DNA of 64,000 nt from Antedon mediterranea (Eukaryota; Animalia; Echinodermata): the NCBI RefSeq assembly GCF_964355755.1, contig NC_092678.1, positions 18,431,365-18,495,364 of the forward strand, in the 5' to 3' direction. The notes beneath the pieces were generated by a model. It ran no database searches, was not told where the DNA came from, and was given only the letters and a program-made list of their open reading frames with translations. How positions within the stretch are numbered: position 1 is the stretch's first letter; each line of letters starts with the position of its first letter. The translations under genes were made by a program, and so were the position numbers. Shown here piece after piece: positions 1 to 12,874 of the stretch.

Positions 1-263
1 TAGGTAGCACGCACAGGGAGAATATCATTATAATATTTAACATTACAATGTCTGTACACCTGCATGGCTAAGTATTGTACATACTCTTTGTGAATTTCAA
101 CAAGGAATTTAAGATATGGAAGAAATATTTAGAATATAAAATAAGGAATATTACGTTTAAAAAATAAATGAACACAAACCAGATGTAAAACCAAAGGATC
201 AAATATAATTGAACATCTCCTTTTCAGGAGATATCCACTATTAAAGGAAGAACAATACAGTTA

Positions 264-1320
264 CAGTATCTCTCCCAAAACAGGACACACTTACGCCCGT
301 ATTCTTAAACCAGACATTAGTCATAGTTCGAGCTAAAACTAAAAAAATGACGTCATTTTAATTCATAAACCGAACTTCAACTAAATCACCGACTAAATCA
401 GGCCAACCTCGACTAAATCGAGACGGATTTTGATCGATTTTTTTAGTCCTGGAGGGGGCAGGCTAAATGGTCGACTAAATGGTTTTTAAACGATGTTTAT
501 AAAAAATGTAACAGTCATTGAGTTGTTATATTGGCCAGATATTGAAGAATGAAATATCTATATTCATATTAGCTTAATTAAATATGCATTGGTATAAGTT
601 ATAATAATGAAAATCAACTTTATTTACAACTGTATACAAATTACATTATTTTCTTTGCGCAAGTCCGACTTGAGCTACGTCACGCCATAGCAACAATGGG
701 AGATGCGGCAATTCACCACGCGATGGAATGTTTAGGGGCCTAGCGCTTTCTTGTCACGCTATGAAGTGCGTGGTTCGTCGCGATCATACTTTGTCTGGGG
801 GCCTAGAAAATATAAAAGTTACCGTACCGCCATGGTTCCTAAATATATTTTGAAGATTTATTTTGTTGTTAATCAAATATACTTCACTGTTAAATTAATA
901 CTGATATTGTTCTAATAATTAACGATTAAAATTATTTTTCATGTATATAGTCCTGATGCGTAAAAAGTGTTGTAAGAAATGGAAAGTGATATCAATGCGC
1001 AAAATTTTGTCTGCTCCTCAAATACTCTCTTGTCATTGGCCAATGTATAGCCTTTGTGCAACTCGACTAAAAGCTCGACTTCATTAAGTCGAACTGAAAA
1101 CTTCGACTACTTCGTTTTTGAATCGAATTTGAAGTAATAGCTCGTACTACGACTTTTTCAAGTCGAACTTCGAACTACGACTAAAGTCCGGTTTAAGAAT
1201 ACGGGCGTTAGGCTGGGCTAATATGTCTGGTTTTATAGAAAGTCTGGTATTTAGAATTGTGTTTTAAATAGTAAGAAAGATTTTAGGACTTCTGGAAAAT
1301 CTGGTTTATAGTGGAGTTTT
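264..1320. mobile_element. Degenerate Tc1/pogo-like MITE split by the Harbinger insertion
   Basis: TA-CAGTA...AAACAGGACAC left end. After removing 294-1207 it continues with GTCTGGTTT repeats. Confidence 0.5.
294..1207. mobile_element. PIF/Harbinger-like non-autonomous element
   Basis: TIR CGCCCGTATTCTTAAACC...GGTTTAAGAATACGGGCG. TTA on both flanks. Subterminal CGACTAAA repeats. Confidence 0.88.
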
Positions 1321-2144
1321 CCATGTGTTTCCAGTAAGGATTTGGATGTTTCCCCCTTCCACACCTCTTGGGCAATCCAGGTTTACAGCTAGGCCCAAAA
1401 TACTATAAACTATTTAAAATAAATTAGTTCTTGAATATTCAATTTTTACTAATTTTTATAGTCTATTTTGTGCCCATTTACTTGGATAAACCAATACTAG
1501 CCCTTTTCCCATGAAGTGAGGCACAAATACAAAATGGAAAATTGTTATTGGGATATTGATTATTTCAATGGGACAGTCCGCTATGGCCACCCAATCATTG
1601 AAACATTCCAACGTATTTCTTTTCCTACCTGTATACATATATATATAATCGTGTAGACATTTTTAAAATTACTTATTTGTGTTTATAAACGGGGTAATAC
1701 AAAATGTCTTGTCGGTCTAAATTTGAAAAAGATAAATATTTTCCTCTAATTTGTAGGGAAACTTCATTTGACATGACTGTGACCTTTCATGACGCCTATA
1801 TGCCCAATCCAGCCGTCATCTTCAAACTATCGCAATGTCCAATGGTCAGTTAACCGTCACTGAATGTATTCAATTAATTAGCGGCAATTCATGGTTCAAT
1901 AGAATTAATAATACTTATTGCAAATTTCGTCACATGTGGATTAGTGTATTGTCCTTTTGCTTCAGTGAATATATTGTTCCAGCGCAGCCTAGTGAGCACT
2001 CTATTCATGCTTGAGTGATTTTGCCACGCGACACTGTGTACATGTCGCGTTTAATGCGTTTTGGCTCCTATTGGAATGCTTGGACACAGACAGGTATGCC
2101 TAGGAAATATTGGCTATTGCTGGAGTAGATTTTCTTTTGTCTAA

Positions 2145-2441
2145 AGCCTAGATCGCGCTGGATTTTATTTGGTCAAAGTGACCAAGAAAAGTCCAATCCC
2201 AACATAAAATTTCCTGAAGGTTAAATTACCCAACTCTGATGGTTAAATTTACCGACCACTGCCTGCTCAGTAGAACTTACCATGGTCTCTGGTAAACACA
2301 TGACCTCACAATGCTAGTCAGTCATAGTTTTTAACAACACTGTTAAACCATGGTAAAACTAACTGCGTGAAAGTGCGAACAATGGTCAAATTTTCCAATA
2401 GGTCAAATTACCGTGGTTAATTTAGCAGTGTGAACAAGGCT
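2145..2441. mobile_element. Harbinger-like MITE
   Basis: Imperfect TIRs AGCCTAGATCGCGCTG / CAGTGTGAACAAGGCT. TAA on both flanks. Internal GGTTAAATTTACC repeats. Confidence 0.65.
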
Positions 2442-3429
2442 TAATTGAACCAAGGCAATCAAACAACACAAAGAGTTTATCTGTAGCTGCGACTCTATCA
2501 GTTCCACGCTCCCGGAAATAAGACTATGTTGTAGTTAGATTACTGTACACTTTCCTGTTAAAAAAAACTTTTTTTCGTTTTTTAATTTAGAAAAAGCACA
2601 ACCTGCCCTTTTTATATTTAAAGCATCTTAATATCAAATGTTTTTACCAAAGGTTACTCATTTACTGTATGTTTCAATCTTTAGTATGTAGTAATATTGG
2701 ATTGTTTTGATCGGTTCTAATTTGCAGTATATTTAATTATCCTTACTTTACCGTATTGTCTCCAACAACACAATAAATTAAGTACTGAGAAACAACAGAC
2801 AAATATTTAGCAAAATGCATTTTCCTGAAGTGGAACATAAAAAGCAACATGAACAAAAAAATATGAATAGAAATGACATTAAATAAGCTATTTGTAATTT
2901 TGATATTCATTTTATTATTATTCACTTTTGCCACATAAATATTTACAAAACGATTGGTTTGCTTATAAGGAAGACATTTGGAACAGTTTACATTTTACCA
3001 GCAACCTGACTTTTAGACGATAGATTTCTAGTTGACTATTAACAAAAAAAAAAAAAATGCAGTTTTATCAGAGGTAAATTCATTTTTTAGATCTAATGTT
3101 TGTATGGTAAAACTGAAATATTATTATGTAAAATTAAAACAGTTTTAAAAATAATTTTTTTGGGAAGAAATATTTAAGGTACACCACATCCAAAATGTTA
3201 TCTTTAATGTAATCTGCGAACCCCACCTTCAAATAGAAGAATCTCAACAACATACGATTATTTCATGAACACTCAATATATTTCTGATTACATGAATTAT
3301 CAAATTGCTTATTAATTATGAAAAACAGGCCTTTCATGCCCGTTGAGATGACATTCATCACATTCAAACATGTGACAATCTTCTGATAATGAAAGCAGAT
3401 GAATTTTTAAAAATTGTTGAAATGTATTT

Positions 3430-3785
3430 TAGTGCTTTTAAAACATTTTATGCATACATAATATTTCTCAGTTCGAAGCTCATTTAAAAAAAATTAACCT
3501 TAATACTACTGTATATTGCTTAAAGTCAAAACCAAACAAAAATTCTGCAGAAAAATTTGTTGTTGAGTTGGTCAGTTTTGCTGAGAAAATATTTTTGATA
3601 TAGAAATCTAGAATTTCCAAATTCCCTAACATTTTCAGTTTTCCCTTTTTGAGCTAGTGCTTTTGAAAAATTGTATGCATACATAATATTTCTCAGTTCG
3701 AAAAAAAAATTATAAATGTTGTTGAGTTTGTCAGTTTTGCTGAGAAATTAATTTCACAGGAAACTCTGGAGTTCCAAATTCCTAA
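3430..3785. repeat. Local direct duplication (~225-bp spacing)
   Basis: tatgcatacataatatttctcagttcgaa and ttgttgagtt.gtcagttttgctgagaaa each occur twice. Confidence 0.7.
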
Positions 3786-4559
3786 ATATGTACCATTTGT
3801 AGTCCCCCCCCCCGCCCCACCTCAAATATCATGATCTACCAGTATGTCTTTTTAATTGACAATTAACAAATAGTCACTGTTTACTGTTACTCCCATGTAT
3901 TGTATTGTAAATAAAAAAACAACATGGAATTAACAACTTTCATGTCAACTGTAAATAGAGGAAATCCGGAAAAAGCCACCCCTGTAGTAAAAATAGAACA
4001 GTCAATCTTTCAATGCAAGAAAACATTCTATACAATCTACTCTTTAACATTCATTATTTGTATATAATAAACTTATCAACATTTTCGGATATTCATTACA
4101 CACATTATAGATATTCTGAACTGCTATACATGCATTTAATTATTTCACTGTGCATACATGAGCATCATATAGAACTATTAATAATAATGATTTATGTTTT
4201 TCAAAAGATATGCAAGCTTGTCATGTACATATTGAAGTTTTCTTAAATAAATAGCAAAACATACAATTAATCAACAGTGATGTCAATTGCTGATAATTAG
4301 TTTGGGACTATATAAAAATACATTCTACTGCAGTTTTTGCAGTAATTGTATTTTAGCAGTTTATCCAATTATTGAACAGGTATCTCATAAACTTTTACAT
4401 AGAAACAAACTGAAATCCCAATTTATTGCTGTAAAAAATTGTAGTTACTGCAGTAACTACAGTAAAGTAGTTTGACTAGGTGGAATTTAATACTTTTTTC
4501 AGGATTATACTTCATATCATTTCATGTTTTAAAATTACTAAACATACTTTTATTAGATT

Positions 4560-4790
4560 TATGGTATCTCTGCAAGCATGTTTAAATACTTATTATTTGC
4601 TAATGAAAACGTTGAAACCGTAATTTGTTCTTGATTTTTTCTTAACATTTTCTGTCTTCCGACATTAATACGCTTTCCACAATTTGTTTCCATGTTTGTC
4701 TGTTTATGGCAGGATGGTTTGTTAATTGTGTTAGTGTCTACATGTCCTTGTAAGTCTTTCTTTATTTGGTTCATCTGGTTATTTTATACA
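4560..4790 (-). mobile_element. Degraded LINE (RTE-like) C-terminal fragment
   Basis: Minus strand reads MNQIKKDL...RQTWKQIV across frameshifts. Shares ggcaggatggtttgt with the KRPRGRPK-containing fragment at ~38240. Confidence 0.45.
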
Positions 4791-4834
4791 TTATCTAATT
4801 AATTATTAATGATGTTATCCAAATTCCTTCACTT

Positions 4835-4871
4835 GCACTGATGAAGGGCTAGTGTTGCCCGAAAGCTTTGC
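4835..4871 (+). ncRNA. Minimal type I hammerhead ribozyme motif (Penelope-like element remnant ~4810-4985)
   Basis: GCA-CUGAUGA-A-GGGC(loop)GCCC-GAAA-GC-UU-UGC: intact core, stems I and II, palindromic AGCU stem III. Confidence 0.72.
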
Positions 4872-6154
4872 TAACTTTTCTGGCTGTTTTTCTTATCGTT
4901 TTGATTTAGCTTTTCGCTTTTTTTTTTGTATCTCCATTGAGATCCAGCCACTGATACCCACAGCATTGTCATTTTTTCAGTAATTTGCCTTTGGATTTAA
5001 TTAATTAATTATGTGGTAATTAGGTATTTTATACATTAATTAATTAATTATGTGATAATTAGGTATTTTATACATTAATTAATTAATTATGTGATATTTA
5101 AAAAAATTACCTGTACAGTAGATACTGTACAAATGTAGAGTTTGATATATTATTATATGGCTAATGAATACTAAATATACTCTATTTAAATAATTATACT
5201 GAATTCTATACATTAATGTGATGTTTTAAATTTTCCGACTTCTTTACATAAGGGGTGTTTTAAAGTTATTTAACTTGTCTTATTTTATTATAAAATTTAT
5301 TTACTGTACTCCCATTGTTGTTTGAGATTGTCAGTTAAAAAGCTAGGTAGTTAGTTTCCCTTTTCAACTTTCTCAGATTTCAAATTTAAATAAAAGAACA
5401 TCCCCAACCAGCCAATTGTTTTGCAGGGATGGCAATCCCATCCCTGTCTATCAATCCCATCCCTGTCTATCTGCCCCATCCCTGTCTATCTGCAATTAAT
5501 TTATTTGTAAATACATTTGTATGTTAATCTGCTCACAGTACTCACTCGCAGTTTGTAATTTCTAGTATTTCTGAGTTCTTCATTGAAACTTTTGGCATTT
5601 TGTTTACTCTATATTGTTTTCTCTTGATTTCTAATTATCTATTGGTTGCATTTTAAATATATATTTACACAATAATTTCGGAGTTTTTAATTAAAATATG
5701 GGAGTTTCCTGAAATGAATTTTAGTACATACAATGTTTATTGCTCTTGATCAAAATTTGATGCCTTTTTTATACATTAATGTAGTTGTTTTCGAACCATT
5801 GTTTTGTTTGTACAGTTAATCCAAATATTCTGTAACATAATACAGCACTAAAAGTAAGTATAGTATAACCTCCACTAAAGGATCGTACAAATTGGCCCCT
5901 TAACAGGGGTGTTCCCCAAATAAGGACCATGACCATAGTTTTAAAACATAAATATCTCCTTGTTCGTTTGACATGAAAGCATCCCCTTAATATTCTACTG
6001 TTTAATTACAATATACCACAAAACATATAGTATAAACATAAAATCAAATAACTGCCTCAATATAATTTTATTTTTATAATAATACAAATCAGCCAATCAA
6101 AGATGTTAACAAACAAAGACATAGTTATAAAGGCACGCCTCCAAAAGCTTTGGA

Positions 6155-6235
6155 GTATTCAGTATTCAGTATTCAGTATTTATTGGTACTCACTTTCGAA
6201 TCAGTGACACACACCTTTCGGTGGTGCGTCCATAC
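6155..6235 (-). mobile_element. 3' end of a non-LTR retroelement
   Basis: Minus strand has a GAAA-capped hairpin, AATAAA and a (TACTGAA)3 tail. Confidence 0.55.
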
Positions 6236-6530
6236 AAATATAAACAACAACATATAAAAGGTAAATGATGATAAAACTTACATAATTAACTTACATTGAA
6301 AAAAAACCAAAAAAAACAAAACAAATGTACAGTAGTAATTGCAAACTTGAGGGGTACTAAGCAGAAATGGTTGCTTACAGTATAAAGCAGAAAATTTAAA
6401 ACAAAGACAAACATTTCAAGTGTGAATAATTATTAATATGTGAATGTCTCTGGCAAAATTAATGTTTAATTAATTGTTTTATTATGTAATTTTGTGACTT
6501 ATATATGTTATCCTTTGTTACAATTCTCTT

Positions 6531-6565
6531 CACCTGACTATGGGCTGTGCCCGAAACATGTCGTA
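6531..6565 (+). ncRNA. Mutated Penelope-type hammerhead ribozyme motif
   Basis: CUGACUA-U-GGGC-UGU-GCCC-GAAA-CAUG-UC. G8 is changed to U. Palindromic stem III and GUC site. Confidence 0.6.
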
Positions 6566-7622
6566 AAAATAAACTTATATTGAGGCAGTTTTTTTTTTCT
6601 ATATCCTTCCTATGCAGCTCTTTGATTTATATTAGTATAAACATATATTTACAACAATACCCAAGATAAAAAGGTGCAAAACAAAAATTATTAATTATGC
6701 AATATTATTTATACACTAGTTATGTCAGAATATTTATTAAATGTGGTGTTTTAATATTTATACTTGCATACATGCATATGTTTTTACTGGCTTCGTTCCG
6801 ATGATTTTGTATATTCGCTATATGCTGGTATCGTATCACGATTCTATTCTAATTATACCAATTGATTCCACAATGTCATGAAAACCTTGATGAAAATACT
6901 CCGCACACATCAATATGAGATTGATTTCTTCAGAAAAATGTAAATGGTTAAAGAAAGGAACTTCATTAATGTTTGTGTTAATGCATTTATGTTAGTGCTA
7001 ATTTGTAGTAATAATATGATACGATCAAATACTATGAAACGACCATCGCAAAGGCAACGTAAATGTTATTACGGCATTGTTATAAATCTAACAATGTGTT
7101 TGTAAAATATATTTTCGAGGTTATTGCTACCGCATTTGTAATTCTCGATGCGATCAATATGATCGCCAAGTCTGCTTCCATTCAGCAACCTCTGACTGCT
7201 ATGACTGGAATGAGTTGATAGAAATTAATATTTATGAGTTACTCAAGCGTGAACTATGCATGAGTTACTCAAGCATAAATAGATCTATAACTTAAATGAA
7301 TATGTTAACCAAGTACTGTTTGTGGCGTCTTCTGTTATGACCTCTTATTTGGGGTCATATCTGATTTTAGTTTACATATTTTTGATAAATAATATTATTT
7401 AAGGAACACTGTACTATTCATGGTGTGATGTGACTTATGTATGTAGTTTTATTAATATTCATAATAATATTTATAAATGTGTATAGCATTCGTTATATTA
7501 ATGAATGGCATTAGACAATGAAGTCCAAGTATCTTTTACATTTTAAAAGTACTTTCCCTGAATCACTTACGTTTTACACTTTTCTGATGGCCTTTCTGGC
7601 CATTTAAATATGGCCACATTAA

Positions 7623-8066
7623 AGGACAACTTGACCGAGGACCATATTTTCACAACGTATTTAGGGATGTACATATGTTGTCAGAACCAATGCGAAATTA
7701 AGAATATTGCCGCATGCGCTCGCCATACAGCCATCGCCGTAAATTGCTGTGACGTCACAGGTGCATCGCAAACTGTACGTAATGAGTTTTCTGGCAAAGT
7801 CTAGCAAATCGGGAAAAATTTCTAGTAAACACACTTTGTAAATAAATCATAAAAAATATAAATGTTGATTTTTTTTATTGTTTCTTTGCTTATCTGGACT
7901 CATTAAGTAGATTTTGCGATGCACGTGTGACGTCACAGCAATTTACGGCGACAAATGTACGGCGAACGCGTTCTGCGATATCCTTAATCTCGTGATTGTT
8001 CTGAAATTATATGTTCAGTACATCCCTAATACGTTGTAAAAATATGGTCCTCGGTCAAGTTGTCCT
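7623..8066. mobile_element. Kolobok-like foldback MITE
   Basis: TTAA on both flanks. AG...CT termini. TIR AGGACAACTTGACCGAGGACCATATTTT extends imperfectly for ~150 bp. Confidence 0.88.
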
Positions 8067-8203
8067 TTAAGTCATTGGTAATTATCTTCAAATTTATCCA
8101 AGTGTCGCTGGAATTAGCTCTTTGGCATTTTACCGAAGATGTGTTATGTAGCTGTCGTAGCCAAGGGCGTGGCGTAGTTAGTGAAGTTAACAATGCCACT
8201 ACC

Positions 8204-8367
8204 CAGGCGTGGATTTAGGCGGGGCTAAACCTAAGTCCCCCCTAAAATTTAACTCTTTAAAATAAAATAACTATTTTAATTTTTCCACAACTTGACAGAT
8301 CATTTTTATCTTTTAATATATATTTAGCCCCCCCCCCCCCTAATCTATAATGCTGGATCTGTCCCTG
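8204..8367. mobile_element. Short CAGG...CCTG-ended (hAT-like) MITE
   Basis: CAGGCGTGGAT...ATCTGTCCCTG termini. CTACC is repeated on both flanks. Confidence 0.55.
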
Positions 8368-8374
8368 CTACCTA

Positions 8375-8491
8375 CAGTGCTGTAGCCACAAGAAATAAAG
8401 TGGTGCTATTGTCGCATGAAAAGGGAACAATCTCTGGTCAAAACAGGTTGTCAAAGGCCTAAGTTGAAACCATACCGGTAGCTATGTCCCT
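8375..8491. mobile_element. Short hAT-like MITE (CAGTGCTGTAGCCAC family)
   Basis: Imperfect TIRs. Homologous copies at 29927-30050 and ~21315-21471. Confidence 0.55.
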
Positions 8492-10319
8492 GGCTTAGTT
8501 TAAATGCAAATGTGCAAGACGTACGCCAGCCATTATCCGCAGATACAGTACATGATAATATAGAACATGATGTTTATTGTCTGTATGAGGGTTAATAACA
8601 TTTAAACTTGTTTTGCCTCAACTTCTTAACTGGCTATTTTTATGTTTTGAGTAGCACGTTGAACTCTTAACATTGCTCTTTACACATATGCAACATGTCA
8701 AACATAGCACATTTTTTCGCAAGTAATCTCAATGTACTTGGTATAAAGTACAAATTACGTCAGAGTAGGGCAAAACATCTGACCAATTACTTCTCCACTT
8801 TAGTTACAAACAATTACAAAATAAAAAATCTTGTATAAAATAGATAATTTATATTTGCGTTCAAAAAAATTATTTTATGACTGGGACGGAAGTCTTAATC
8901 AACCAAGCAAATTTATATTTTCGTATTATAATTTGTTTTCTAATTTTAAAGAAAAAGTAATGTGTGCTATGATTTTATGTTGCTATTCATTAAAAACATT
9001 GTCCACAGAACATAATTTTTTGTTTGTATTTCTGGATGTAAATGTAAAACAAATGTTACCGTTCTGTTAAAAGAGGTGGAGATGAGAAGTTAGGAGGTTG
9101 AGGAGGCGGTGGGGTTCTATAGGGGATGGGGAGGGGTGGGGTTCTATAGGGGATGGGGAGGGGGTGATAATGTATACCCATGCGTGATGTGCGGTATATT
9201 TGTTAGATGGGACTGGTATCAGTGATTAGTGGAAACACTCAAAACTAAAATATTTTAATCTGTGTACATTTGCGTTCCATACTTATCACTTATCACTCTT
9301 GAGCAAAAAAAGTGTTTGCCTTTTTCAAGTGGGCGTCTCAATAAATGAATTTCTTAAAAGTAGGACTTGCGAATCTGTCAAATTGACTGTAGAAAGTAGG
9401 CCTCTGAATATCAGTAGGGGACATAAGATTTATTATACGTTTTTAGTTTCCTAAGAGGAATCTCACAGATATTGGGTAGTTTATCAGCATGTTAGTTATA
9501 ATGTTTATGGATTGGTTCTATTTATAGAATGTATTTCACCAAGTAACCCATTCTGAAATATAACGTAGCAATTCTATCAACACTTCGTATCTTTTTCTTC
9601 TGTATTTTTCTACTGAATATATCAGAATTGTGTTTTTGTCTGAATATAAGGTATTTTAATTAAGAGTTTTAATACCAAAATCACAGTGAATTCTTGAGCT
9701 CTGTCTACACTATCAACTGTGACAACATTTTGAAATAATAATAAACTTTTCAAAACCAGAATTTTTATTATTTACTTATTATATATATTCAATTGGAATC
9801 TGTGAATTTGTACAATTTGTTAGTGCAAGGATAATTAAAATCACTAATTCACTGTAAAATTATGTTTTGTGGAGTTTTTAAAAAAATAGTTACACAATTT
9901 TGACTCAATTTTTGGTGACCTTTTGCCTGCTTGATTCAATATTTTCCTCAATTTTAATATAATTGATTTGATGATGATTTAAAATTTAAAAAAATAAATT
10001 TAAAAATAAAAAAAAATTACATAAATTAAAAAAGAAACAGAACAAAAAAGTTTATTTTTAAAAGTAGGTAAGATTCAGAAACATGTTACAAACGTTCCAA
10101 CATCTTGTAATGTGTATTTAGTTTTCAGTTAAAAAATGAAAATGCATTATTGTTTTTTTCATTCCAGTACAATTAAAGAAAAGAATTATACGTAATGTAC
10201 CATAAAAGAATTTTCGTGGAAGGAGACATACTTTTGTAAAAATTTTGGATTGAATCTGAGACTGCAATTATACGGATAATTGCCTAGTCATAACTCATTT
10301 TGTGTACTTTTATTTTTTG

Positions 10320-10321
<2 letters not shown>

Positions 10322-10354
<33 letters not shown>
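10322..10354. repeat. (TA)n microsatellite
   Basis: Uninterrupted TA run. Confidence 0.95.
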
Positions 10355-10359
<5 letters not shown>

Positions 10360-11456
10360 TTTGATATATAGAAAACGGCTGATTTCAAGTCATCAGATTC
10401 AGGTTTTGTTGATGTTTCATATTCGTTTTCCTTTGACTTTAATTGCGATCTGTTTTTACATTGATTTATTGTACTGATCTGGTGTTTTAAAGTTTTAGCT
10501 TTCATACTTCAGTTGCTTCTTCATCAACATTTTCAAGATTTTAACAACAAAACATTGATTATTTATTTTTTATATCCTAAATATTTGTTTGGTTACTTTA
10601 GATTTATTGCCATTCAATATTATACAAATAATGAATTTTTATGGTACACAAAAATTCATGAGGTGAAAGATGAAATTCTATTTTCAGGTAAAGCCCATTC
10701 ATTATTTGTATATCATGCAATATAACTGACTCTAAATGATACATGATACAAAGTAACCAATCAAATGGCAAGGATATACTCATGTGTGTTATTATTTGAA
10801 ATATTGAATCGTTTGAGGATGGCACGTACAGTATTTCATTGCTTTCAATATGTATACTTTAATACGTGGAAACAGAACATAAGGTTATGAACCCTACTAT
10901 TACAAATATGCATAGAAATATTGTCTTAAATAAAAAAATGTGGTTTAGAATTCCAGAAAATACAGTTTGAGTTTGAATTGATTATGTAAACTAATGTATA
11001 ATATTATGCGAAAAAATTGGCTTTGAGCCAATTTATGATTCTTCGCATTTTATTTGAATATATTTTTAAAAATCTGATTTTGTTTTTCTGTTATTTTCAT
11101 ATTGTTCTTCAAATACTATTAGAAATTTAAAATCGGAAAGCTCTCCTCCCATAGTCTTACCTTACGTTCATGAATAATGTATTTTCATAATTCACCTAGT
11201 TTATACTTACACTGGTTTCATCATTTTCCATATCAATATTTATAGTTTAACATCTAAAATATTTTATTTCATTAAGATTATGTTGAAATTCACACATTTG
11301 TACCCTTAAACTTTTGAAGTAATCTGTTGTGGTTGAGTAAATTTTTTATATGAACCCAATAGATATAGACCCATATCATGATTTGTGTAGAACTACAATT
11401 TTGCACAAACTGGCAGTTTTCTACTCCGTGCCAACTTACCTGGATAAACCGACATA

Positions 11457-12874
11457 CAGTACAGAAAGAAATTACTGCTTCGTATCTACGCGTAGGCTTT
11501 CGTAGGTAGAACGTAGGTCATTGTTCTCTCCTACGATGTATTGTTTGTAGCCTACGATGTATTGTTTGTAGCCTACGATGTATTGTTCTCTCCTACGATG
11601 TATTGTTCGTAGCCTACGATGTATTGTTCTCTCCTACCTACGATGTATTGTTCGTAGCCTACGATGTATTGTTATGAAATCTAGGCTACGCCTCGATCGT
11701 AGGGTGGTTCGTAGAAGCATGGACAATGCAAACAAACAATGTATTGTTTGCTAATTAAAATCCTACCTAAAGATAGTAGGTCAATTTTTGTAGCCGCCCT
11801 ACCCATCGGTTATCCTAATTTGGACGGAAATCCGCCGACGAAACGACATCGGGCCGGTGGACCTCAGCTCATGTAGAGAGAGTCGAGGCTAGGCCTAGCC
11901 TGTTTCGGCGGCCTACACTATAAATTATTTATTCCTACCTTGTTGGGTTAGCGAATTATAAAAACAACGACACCTACGCTAGGACACCAACAAAATATAT
12001 GCAAAATAAATATATATTCCATATTAAGATTTAACATACATAAATAGGCCTTTTTTAAAATGATTACGACATGTATAAAGAAAAAGGCCCGACCAGAATT
12101 TGGAGGGGAAAAAACATGTGAGCTGAGCACAGTAGAGAGAGTATTATGTTTCATGTCATGTGACACAAAATCCAGGTACACGATCTTAATTACTGTTTTA
12201 TCGTCGTCAGACGGTAGCCACCCTCTCGTCGAGCTCGTACTGAGTAAAAAAAAACATGTGAGAGATTGCGGTAAGCAGAGAGTATCGCGTTTCATGCCAT
12301 GTGACAAAAAAAAACTAGGTCTGTATTAATTACAGTCTTCTGTCGGCAGTCTTTTTGAGCGACCGATTGAACGTCCTGATGCTATATTTAGAATGAATTG
12401 TTTACGATCTTTTTTTCTCGGCATCGTTTCTGGATATGGATGGGACGTTCGCTATATTATGTTTATTATATTAGTTGGCCTGTTCGTTGCGGTTCACCAC
12501 CTGTGTTGGATCGTGTCTCTCTCTACGTTATACATCGTGGGAAATTTATATTTATATTCGCCGTTGAGTAGGTAAACACGCACGAAGGAAAATATTACGA
12601 TTAAAAAATATTATTTATTTTTTATTAATTTACAACTTTGTCCTCCGCCAATTAAATTTAACACATTAATTTCACACCTTACTTCACTAAGAACATCGTA
12701 GGGTTGTTTATTTAGGTTACGAACTCCCTACGAAGTTCAGAACGTAGCTCATTGAAATTTGTTTATTGAGGTTACGAAGCCAAACAATGGAACCTACGAA
12801 GCCAACAACGTAGCCTACGTTCCATCTACGAAGCTACTTCGTAGGTAAAGTTGCAGTATTTTCTTTCTGTACTG
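11457..12874. mobile_element. Non-autonomous TIR DNA transposon with subterminal repeats (superfamily uncertain: CACTA-like or Tc1-like)
   Basis: TIR CAGTACAGAAAGAAA.TACTGC. TA on both flanks. Tandem CCTACGATGTATTGTT repeats at left and CTACGAAG repeats at right. No coding region. Confidence 0.85.

Noticed and set aside
1-10. Donor site of the upstream Kv4 exon (tag|gtagc)
   Set aside because: A phase-2 GG|GT is needed to join G TAC at 29491, and the sequence does not provide it.
11435-11445. U1 snRNA gene or pseudogene
   Set aside because: The match is limited to ACTTACCTGG and the downstream sequence does not follow U1.
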